Below are positions 1 to 13,955 of a DNA stretch of 33,664 nt, in pieces; position 1 is the stretch's first letter; the number at the start of each line of letters is the position of its first letter. The notes under the pieces are model-generated. The model did not search any database. It worked only from the letters and a program-made list of their open reading frames with translations, and was not told where the DNA came from. The position numbers and the translations under genes were made by a program. Location: assembly GCA_900088475.1 (NCBI GenBank), contig FLMG01001748.1, forward strand, positions 1 to 33,664, read 5' to 3'. This stretch comes from Hyphochytrium catenoides. Lineage: Eukaryota > Protista > Hyphochytriomycota.

Positions 1-786
1 AGAGAGAGAGAGAGAGAGAAGACAGAGGTGAAGGAGAGGAGAAGAAAACACAGTGAGCTTGAGGGAAAGGAAAAAAGCGAGCGAGGAGATGGGAGAGAGA
101 GAGAAAAGAGAGGAAAGAAAAGGCGAGAGAAAGAGAGAGGGGGAAGAGAGAGGAAGAGAGAAACAGAGGGAGGAAAGAAGAGAGAGGGAGGGAAAAGGTA
201 TAAAACTGTTCTGGATGGCCATCAAGCTGTACCATCTTTGAGTTCTTGATGAGTAGAGAACAAAGAGAGAGAGACAGGCTTTGATGCCTCTCTTTCTCCT
301 TCCTTCTCTCTCTCTCTTGTCTCTCTCTCTCTTGTCTCTCTCTCTCTCTTTCTCTCTCTGCGTCTTTTCCCTCTCTTTCTCCTCCTGCTTGCCCTCAATC
401 GTCAGGAAGAAGGAGCCCACTCGATCTGTCACTTATAAAGCAAAAATACGGCTATCTCGGAAGCAGATAAATACGAAAAAAAAAAGAGAGAGAGAAAGAG
501 AAAGAGAGAGACGACCCAGGCGGATCCAGCCTGACACTCATCAACAAACGGAGAGAAAGAAGGGGAAAAAGAAGAGACCAGGAAAGAAAGGAAGGCAAAA
601 CAACGGAGGGAAAGAAGAGCATTCTAAGTCTTCCCTCCTGCCTTCTCTCCTGTTGCTGACTCTGGCTATCAGACAGACAAGAAGGAGGAGGTCCTGCGCC
701 CAACAAACAGAAAGAGAGAGAAAAAGAAAAGGAGACAAGAGAAACAGTTAGACAAAGAGAGAGAGAGAGAGAGAAAGAGAGAAAGA

Positions 787-2459
787 ATGGCTGCAGCGGC
801 CGCAAGAGCGCTGCCGGGCATTCGGCTGCGTCCCAGCCGGAACATCAAAGTCGTCTCTTTTGATGTCACAGGTAATGATCCGCCAGGAAAGAGGGAGCTA
901 AGGAAGAGAGAACCCAGGAAGAGAGAGAGAGGGAAAGACTAGGAGAGAGAGAGAGAGAGAGAAAGACTGGGAGAGAGAGAACCTCCATAAGTGACAGAAA
1001 GAATGACTGCCACGGCTGGTAGACTATGCATCTAGAAGCAGCAGTGAACATTGAAGTGTGCGTAATCTGTCGCCTAACCGTGCTTCTCTCTCCCTTCTCC
1101 TCTTGCTCTCTTTCTTTCTCTCTCTCTCTCTGCCTTTCATTTTCAGGCACTTTGATCCAGTATGTGGGCTCTCTTGGCTTCTACTTCGGGCGCGCTCTCG
1201 AGCGCCACGCAAAAATCTCAGATCTGCAGCCCAGGAACATGGAACTAGGCTTCAAAAAGGCTTACGCAGCGGTAATTACTCTCTCTCTCTCTGTCTTCTC
1301 TCTCTTCTTTCTTTCTTTCTCACTCTCCCTTTCGATCCTTCTGTTTGGATATTTTCCTTCCCGTCAGAACTTCATTTTACCCTTTCGAAGTAGCACCTTT
1401 GCTCTGTCTATTCTCTTCTCTTGACCGTTCCATTTCTCTCTCTCTCTCCCTTTCTTTTTCCTCTCTCAGACCAAGGCGGAGTTTCCAAACTTTGGTGCCC
1501 GCAGCGCCCTTGACACTCAAGGCTGGTGGCGGAAGGTAGTCCAAGGAACATTCCACGAGGCGATGACGCTTCAGGGCATGCTCTCTCTCTCAGAGAAAGA
1601 AATAGAGCCGGTGCGCTATCTCTTCTTCTTTCTGCGGCACTCTTTTCTCTCTCCTCGTCGTTTTGCAACAGCAAGATACCTCTCTCTCGTCCTCGAGTGG
1701 ACTGCTATTAAAAGAACGTTTGTCGCGCTCTGGCGCCTCTAAAAAATGTCTTCGTCTCTCTATCGGTGTCTCTTCATCTCTCTCTCTCTTTTTTTTTTAG
1801 GGAAAGGTTCTCCGGTCTCTCTTCCTTTCCTCTATTCAGTGCCTTTCTCTGCCCATTGAAAGGCAGCTACTCACGGGACACTAGCAAGGAGCTAATCTGC
1901 ATACCCTCTCTCTCTCTCTCTTTCTCTCTCCCTTTTCCCTCTCCAGGTCTTTCAAGAAATCTATCACGTTTTCGAGACAACAGAGCCTTACGCTGTGTAT
2001 CCTGATGTCCTTCCCTCTCTCTCTCTCCTCAAGAGAGAAAACTACCGAATCGCCGTCATTTCCAACACGGATGAAAGATACCGCACCGTGCTAGACAGAT
2101 TGGGCGTTCTCCCATACATTGACTATATGATCTTGTCACGAGAGAGAAAAGAAGAGAAACCTTCTCCTGAGGTCTATCGCCTGCTATTGAGAGAGGCGGC
2201 GGTGAGAGGAGAAGAAGTGTTGCACATCGGAGACAGTTATACCAATGATTATATGGGGCCAAAGGGAGTAGGAATGCACTCTCTCCGCTGCTTTCGACAT
2301 GGAGAGAGAGAGAGAGAACAACGAGGAGAAAAAGAGGTGACGAATATGCAAGAGATCATAGAGTGGCTTAGAGAAAAGAGAGAAGAGGAGATGGAGGAGG
2401 AGGAGAGAGAAGGTGATGAGAAGAGGAGGAGAGTTGAGGTTTCTCCCGTCGGGAGCTAA
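787..2459 (+). CDS. HAD-superfamily hydrolase, HDHD3/REG-2-like (~287 aa). Exons 787-871, 1147-1271, 1470-1610, 1947-2459
   Basis: Spliced translation MAAAAARALPGIRLRPSRNIKVVSFDVTG|TLIQY gives HAD motif I (FDVTGTL across intron 1), then FPNFG..GWW cap segment, motif II ISNTDER, motif III EKPSPEVY and motif IV LHIGDSYTNDYMG. All three introns are GT-AG with consistent phases. Confidence 0.9.
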
Positions 2460-2546
2460 AGTAACTCTTGTCACTCATTGTTCTGAGTTGTTTTCCTCCT
2501 CTTTCTCTCCCTTTTCTCCCTCTCTTTCTCTTCCATGTGTTCTGAA

Positions 2547-3227
2547 TTAGTCTTCATGGTACTCTTCTCCCGCTGTCTCTTCTATCATTCCTTTCATAAC
2601 CAATCTGCAGCAGGGAGCGGCAAGAGAGAAAGAGAGAAATTAGAGGAAGAGAGAGATGACGGATTAGGCTAGTGCTATGCAGGAAAGAAACCATACCAGA
2701 AAAACACTGGTCAGACCCATTCTAGCGAAATAGAATAGAGAGAGGAGAGAGAGAGAGTTGACGTAGAGAGAGAATCAGACAGGAAAGAGAGAGACACAGG
2801 GGAGAGAGAGAGAGAGTGAGAGGCCTACCTGATCTCATTAATGTCATCGCCGCGGAGCACATCCCTCACGAAGGTGCATTCCACTCGCATTTGGACCTAG
2901 AAACGTTCAAGGCGAAGGTGAGATCAGAGAGAGCTGAAGAAGAGAGAGAGAGAGAGAGAGAATGGAAAGGGACGCGCATAGAAAGCAATGGCCATAAAAA
3001 AAAGGGCGAAAGACCCAGGAGCTTGGAAGAGAAACACGGCCATACAGGAAGAGAGATGTGGTAACAGAGAGAGAGAACCACAGAGAGAGAGAGAAGGATT
3101 CTTGAGAGGTCTCTTACGGCTTCGAGAGCTCCTCTCAGTACTCCGCAGAGAAGATTGGAGAACCACAGAGTCTTGGACATATTGGGGGGAAGCTCAACAA
3201 ATTCTGTTTCATGTATGAGTCAAGAGA

Positions 3228-3301
<74 letters not shown>

Positions 3302-3617
3302 AAATAAATGAAAAACCGTAGAAGAGTGAAAGAAGGACGAGGAATATCAAACGACGAGAAAGAGAAGAAGAGAGACAGGACGTGAGAAGGGTTAAAGAGA
3401 GGTCTGAGGTTAACAGAAGAATGCGAAGTGAGATGAGAGAGAGGCCGGACCAAGTATAGCGACAGAGACTCGACCCCAGGTAGAAAGCAAAATAACGGAA
3501 ACACTTAGTGTTCCAGTTGTGCTGGAACTATAAGATCACAAGACAAGAGAGAGACACAGGCTAGCAGAGACAGGAGGAGACGAAGGGGGACACACATAGA
3601 TAGATAGATAGATAAAT

Positions 3618-3649
<32 letters not shown>

Positions 3650-4703
3650 NNNNNNNNNNNNNNNNNNNNNNNNNNNNNNNNNNNNNNNGAGAGAGAGAGG
3701 AGAGAGAGAGAGAAAGAGACACAGAGAGATAGAGAAAGAAGAGAGCGAAGAAGCGGGAGTACAGAGTAAAGATGTCCAGACAGACAGCCCAGACCCCTAT
3801 ACAAGAAAGGTGGGAAAGACAGAAGAGAAGAGTAACAAGAGATCGAGGAGGAGGAGAAAGAGGAACCTGCGAGCGGGTTCTCCGCGAGAATGAGGCTGCA
3901 AGCGGTGTTATCATTGTTCCAATTGGCAACTTCTGCCGTCGTGCCCAAGAACATCTTCAGAGCGACCTTCCACACGAAGGGAGAGGAGGTAAGAGTGAGA
4001 AAGAGATACAGCGACAGAGAGAGAGAGAGAAACAGTGAGAGACCATAGGGAGAGGAGAAGAACAAAGAGGAAGAGAACGCTCCCTTCCTTCTCCATTTCT
4101 TTCTCTCTCTCCCCTCCCTTGGGTAGCTCTTATTCTCAGAATACGTTCTCTGTCTTTCCCACCTTGGCGACGACATCTGCAGTATCTTTGAAGTCTTGGC
4201 AAACAACGTTGGATTTGGCCAAAAACTCGTCGATGAGGCGAACTCCCATGTTATAACCCCTGAAGCGAGAGAGGTGAGGCACGAGAGAGAGAGGGAATGG
4301 GAGAAAAAGATAGAGAGAGAGAGAAAGTAAGACTAAGAAGAAATACACAGGATAGAGACGGTAAGGGAGAGGGCCAAACGAAGAGAAGACAGACAGACAA
4401 GAGAGGAGTCAGGGCCAAAATCTAAGCTGGCGTTACGCATCAAATCATGCTAGATAGACAAAGCGTGAGAGAGAAGAAAGAGAGAGAGGCTAAAAGAAAG
4501 AGAGATGGAGAAAGGTTGTCTTATCTAAATGCGAAAGAGAGAGACGACACCAGTGGGCCCTTACATGAGCTCAAGCTGCTTGTTCACTTCGGAGACATCA
4601 TCGAAATCTTTGATCAGCTAACAGGAGACATAAGGACCAAGGAGAGAGAAGGGGAGAGAGAGGTAGAGGTGGACCCGTTGAAGGAAGGAAGGTACATGAG
4701 GAA

Positions 4704-4755
<52 letters not shown>

Positions 4756-5329
4756 AAAGGGAAGGGTGGAGAACGAGAGAAGGTCGAAGACAGAGAGAGA
4801 CACAGCGAGAAAAGATAGTTAGAGGGCGATGTTCCTGATAGGAGAACCCGCTAGAGATCGAGGAGCAAGTCAGTAGTGAATGACAGAGAGAATGCATCCA
4901 GGTAAACAATAGAAGAGAAGGGAGAGGGTCGGAGAAGCTTTAAAGCAAATATAAGGCGAGGCGGAACCTGATTCACAATGGCTCCATAGGTCAGGGTAAA
5001 CAGCTCTGAGCTCTGCAGACAGAGAGAATATTAGCGTTTCCTACTTTCATACTCCGTGTGCTCTCTCCTTTAGCATCTTGTCCGTCACTCTCACTCTCAC
5101 TCTCTCTCTCTCTNNNNNNNNNNNNNNNNNNNNNNNNNNNNNNNNNNNNNNNNNNNNTCTCTCTCTCTCTCTCTCTTCTCTCTCCCCCTTTCTCTCCCTC
5201 TGTGTGTTTGTCTCCTTCCCCTCATCACGCTTCTCTATCCTGCAGGTAATCGTCGATGTGTCAATAACTAACCACTTTGGGCATCTTTGCCCAAGCTGCC
5301 TCTCCCGTCCTTTGATGAGGCTTCGACAT
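2547..5329 (-). CDS. BET3: TRAPP complex subunit Bet3/TRAPPC3 (~187 aa). Exons 5329-5273, 5012-4968, 4617-4565, 4259-4163, 3966-3867, 3203-3118, 2896-2829, 2604-2547
   Basis: Spliced translation MSKPHQRTGEAAWAKMPKV|SSELFTLTYGAIVNQ|LIKDFDDVSEVNKQLELM|GYNMGVRLIDEFLAKSNVVCQDFKDTADVVAK|VALKMFLG...ENPLA|EFVELP...WFSNLLCGVLRGALEA|VQMRVECTFVRDVLRGDDINEIR|LVMKGMIEETAGEEYHED*. Contains the hallmark Bet3 motifs, including the acylated Cys of the CxDF motif. Phases are consistent. Confidence 0.96.
3650..3688. other. Assembly gap (N run) within an (AG)n tract
   Basis: Ns flanked by GA repeats in a BET3 intron. Confidence 1.
5114..5157. other. Assembly gap (N run) within a (CT)n tract
   Basis: Ns flanked by TC repeats in BET3 intron 1. 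Confidence 1.
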
Positions 5330-6007
5330 GATTGGTTCCTTGGCCCAAGTCGCGCTGAGAGTCTTAAAGCCAAATCAACCTTAGCAGCTCAGCATCGTCG
5401 CCAGACCAAACTCTGTCCCGTTTCCTCTAACGAGCGAGTTCCTGCAATAGCTTCAACAGCTCTTGATTGTCTCTGTAGAGTGTGCCTGCACCTCCTCGCC
5501 ACCCTTGAAGACAAAGAGACACGGAGACATCCCAGGCGCACGCGAGAAAGAGGAAAGAGAAAGAGAGAGACAGAGAGAGAGAGAGAAAAAAGCTTCCACT
5601 TATCTTCTTGAATCTTCACTCCTCATAAGAGTGAGGTAGTGTAGCCGTTACCCTCCCTATGAAATATACAAATATATGTCAAGGACATCCGTATGTTCGC
5701 AGTTTAGGAAAGACCTGATTAGAACGAAAGCTTCAATAATATCACCTCTATTGCAATTTTCCAGACATGGGGGAAGAGAAAGGAAAGCTTCTGTTGCTTG
5801 AGGATCTGGCCTCTGGACAGCGCATCAGAAAGCCGATGAGGAGACCAGAAACGCAATGACACCGACCCAGGAGCAGAGGCTTGACAGAGCTCCTCAGGAA
5901 AGATAGAAGGCCATTGTAGGAAGAGTGAAGTACCTGCTTGCAGCGAAGACAGAGATTGGCTCGGGAGAAGAAGACCACGCAAGAGGACGCAGAAGGCAGC
6001 AGGAGGA
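5330..6007. promoter_or_regulatory. Probable bidirectional promoter/5'UTR region between divergent BET3 and FAN-like genes
   Basis: Head-to-head ATGs lie ~680 bp apart, with an AT-richer stretch at ~5660-5760. No specific element identified. Confidence 0.5.
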
Positions 6008-11004
<4,997 letters not shown>

Positions 11005-11157
11005 TAGAATAGAGTATCCCCTCTCTATGCCCCTTAGTTTTACCTCTGTGACGGGTTGTTTTATAGTGAAAGCGATGGTAAGGTGAAGCTACCATCTCCA
11101 TATATATATTTACTCTTTGCAGAACTTTTCTGTCCTTTTCTGGAGGCGGTGGGCTGC

Positions 11158-13181
11158 TCATGTATGGACTAGGACATCAGTCGCCGCTGCACCTCCAAGT
11201 CTTCCGTCTTCAAGAAAGAAGTACACGAGTCTTTCATCTTCTCTGCTGCTCGCCGTACTGTCTGGGGGGCGTCGAAATCTGACATCAAATCAGAAAAAGG
11301 GGACAAGGTAGTCATGCTGGGTGAGGGTGTGTGTATGTATTATTTGCTATGCTTTGCAACTGTCATATCTCACCGAAAGGATCCTCGAATTGCCATCTTC
11401 ATGACATCCTTGGCCAGTGATACTTCTAGGCGAGCCACGAGAAGACAGAGTGCGCCACCCAAGGTCTGAGGAAGGGCTTCAGGAAACTGAAGAGTCTTCC
11501 ATTTCGTTCCTCGAGGGCCTTCCATCGGAAAATGAAGCTGGACATTATCGACCTAGAAGGGTAACAATGAATAGGAAAGTTGGTCTTTTACATCTTCAAC
11601 ACTGGTAACTTGATGAGGTCAGGTCATGGAGTAACATAGCGTTATAAAAATGAGATTATGATTGTTACGCGTGGACGAGGGGATTCTGATTACGATGAAA
11701 GCTCCTAGGATTTTAGAACACAGCAAAGGACCGAAGGAAGAAGAGAACTGAAGATTATAGCTTCTTACCTGAATGCCCTGCTCGCCGTTATTGTAGATGG
11801 ATATCTATGGATAACGACCTTAGAAGCCGCCTCCTGTCAACTAGGTGTATAGGCACTTTCCAACCTGAATGCGAGGGCCATCCTCGGATTCCTCCTCTCG
11901 GTGTGGGGCTGGGTAAATAAGTGCCCTTAAGATCAAAGAATCCACGCTCACGGGAGAGTCCTGAGGCCATGCTGGTTGTTCATGTTCCACTAGCCACCAG
12001 ATATCACAGAGGGCGGGGCGCTCCGCACATGCGCAGACGAACCACTCTAAGACCGAGCATATGGCCCCATAATGCAGAACGTCCTGGTACTTCTTTCTAT
12101 TTCCGGCCTTCAGGTGCATAAGCTCCTCTCTCACTCTACAATAGAGAACCTCTAGTGCTCCTCGGCTTCCCTACGAGAGATGATAAGTTGGTCCTTTCTG
12201 CCAGCCTGGTAAAACTTTAGACAGAAACAGCATAGACTAAAGGACGATACTATGCTGTGCCTGATGGAGGCTGGAAGCAATAAAGCAACAGTTACCTCTT
12301 CTTTCCCATGGGATGCAATTGCTTCATTTCCGGCTTCAAAGCATGAAACCTATGGAAGGCTTGTGCTTAGAAATGCTAATGTATGGCCACAGCCCAATGT
12401 ACAGGAAGGTGATGTGCGGGCCGAGCGACCAATGGGTGCGGCAAGCAGTGAAGACAGCGTGGCACTAGAAGGATTATCAAACAAGTCCAGAATGTCCATC
12501 ACCCCACCAAAAGCGCGAGCTTCTCATTGATATCTTCAAGGCAATGTGCGGCTTCTTTCAATTCTGTCTTGAAATAGTTCGACACTTCTTGAGCGAGGAT
12601 TGCATTAGGCCTTGCTCTGTCAAGCCGACACGATACGTTCCCAGTGGTCCGAACCAAAGACATCGGGGCATGAAGGTCCCCTCTTTGGTCACGGTGTTCC
12701 CCTGATTTGTGTAGCCCTTTCAGTGCTTGCTGGACCATGAGCCTTTCCAGTCGATTCCTTCGTTGATGGGATTGAAGAAAAGATTCTGATAGCTGGTCGA
12801 GACACTTCTTGGTTCTTTTACTCAGATCATCGGTGTAAACAAACGTGCCTGGTTCCCGATGAGGCTGTATAAGCTCTGTGACATTTGAAGTAGTAGCTTC
12901 AGCTGATGAAGCCAGTGAAAGTTTGAGACTTTGTGGCATTGGCGCACCTGTAAAAAGCCTCATGGAGGTATCTAATAGGGGTCCGATAGATTCAAAGCGC
13001 AACTCGAATTGGGATACAGATTCGACGGCAGCATAACAACCTTCGGTGGCATAAAATAACCTCATCCTCAAAGAGGTCAAGGCTACTCTCTCCGTCGATG
13101 AGCACCTCCCGGAAGTGAGGATCTCAGTTAAACTGACTGAAATCTCAAGCCTGGTCCCTGGCTCAATAAGAACAGGTTTTC
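11158..13181 (-). CDS. Hypothetical multi-exon protein (>=~455 aa), 5' end unresolved. Exons ~13181-12508, 12349-12296, 12170-11865, 11804-11769, 11552-11374, 11278-11158. Candidate upstream exons 13669-13537 and 13473-~13320
   Basis: A 232-aa ORF plus five downstream segments bounded by GT/AG join in frame without stops: ...EKLALL|VSCFEAGNEAIASHGKEE|GSRGALEVLYCRVREELM...DGPRIQ|ISIYNNGEQGIQ|VDNVQLHF...AIRGSFR|FRRPQ...VLVHT*. No family recognised with confidence. Confidence 0.65.
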
Positions 13182-13669
13182 CTGACAACTTAGTCAAGCG
13201 ACAACTTTACTCATTGAGATCTCTCAACTATTTCCAGCGATAGCCGTAGTCGTGGAGATCTGGCAGCAACCTAAACCAGTGGCAGCCTTACTGGTGGAGA
13301 TCTCTCGGCATCCTATCGAGCAACAGCCTTGGCATCACAGATCAGCAAGCTCAAATCTGAAGCCCAATGTATGCTGAAGATTCTATTCTGCGCCTTCGCC
13401 AATGAATTATTTGCGCGCGTTTTTCCGATTTGACGCCAGATTCTGATCAGAATCTCGATTGCCCTTTCGTAATCTGAGCGTATTGCATAAGAATATGAGG
13501 AATAGCCACAACACCTATTTGCTATAAATTACGTACTAAATGACGTATCCAGGATAATGGCGTTAGCAGCTCTCTTTGGGAAATAGCGTGAAAGTTTGCG
13601 CGGCAAAAGCGTTTTTGGTTGTGTTGAATATTGAAGATTTTTGAGAGCTTCCCAGACGATTTTTTGCAT

Positions 13670-13955
13670 TGATGAAGAGCTGGTCGTGGGCTCTGTCTGG
13701 TGAGGACTGCTGGGTATTCGAGATTGGGCTTTGATACCACTGATAGTGAAAGGGCCGGATGGTGTATATGTAGAGCCGGCCTTTTGCTAACTGTTTGGCA
13801 AGATGGATCTGCCTAGGTAATATTCTTGAATGATGAATCTGTGACAGCCACCGCTCGTGCTGGCCATTTATTTTATTACAATCCTCAAAGACTCAACGCT
13901 ACAGACCAGGCTATCGCTGCCCTGTTGACCCTAGGGGTGTTTCTAATGAGATAGC
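13670..13955. promoter_or_regulatory. Probable compact bidirectional promoter between the orphan gene (-) and GCP3 (+)
   Basis: Divergent gene orientation and no microsatellites. The left boundary depends on the unresolved orphan start. Confidence 0.4.

Larger units (their letters stand above)
1..5600. repeat. Dense (AG)n/(CT)n microsatellite and purine/pyrimidine low-complexity domain, including (ATAG)n at ~3596-3620
   Basis: Long perfect and degenerate GA/TC dinucleotide runs are directly visible in introns and intergenic DNA. Confidence 0.95.

Noticed and set aside
1575-1900. Apparent GC/GA donors and an extra mini-exon (~1863-1890) in the HAD gene
   Set aside because: Exon 3 reads on to a canonical phase-0 donor CCG|gtgcgc at 1611 that joins 1947 directly.
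3510-3528. Small hairpin GTTCCAG-ttgtg-CTGGAAC in a BET3 intron
   Set aside because: A 7-bp stem is expected by chance in 33 kb, with no supporting context.
12820-12850. FVYTDDL in the orphan ORF resembling the reverse-transcriptase YxDD motif
   Set aside because: No other RT motifs (e.g. the upstream D and QG/PQG motifs), no LTR/TIR or polyprotein, and the gene is intron-rich.
13216-13345. CRISPR-like interpretation of the ~40-bp periodic GAGATCT motifs
   Set aside because: The repeated unit is only 7-10 bp, the context is eukaryotic, and there are no cas genes.
13669-13743. Possible C/D-box snoRNA (TGATGA...CTGA, ~70 nt)
   Set aside because: Imperfect C box, no terminal stem, and no recognisable rRNA guide.
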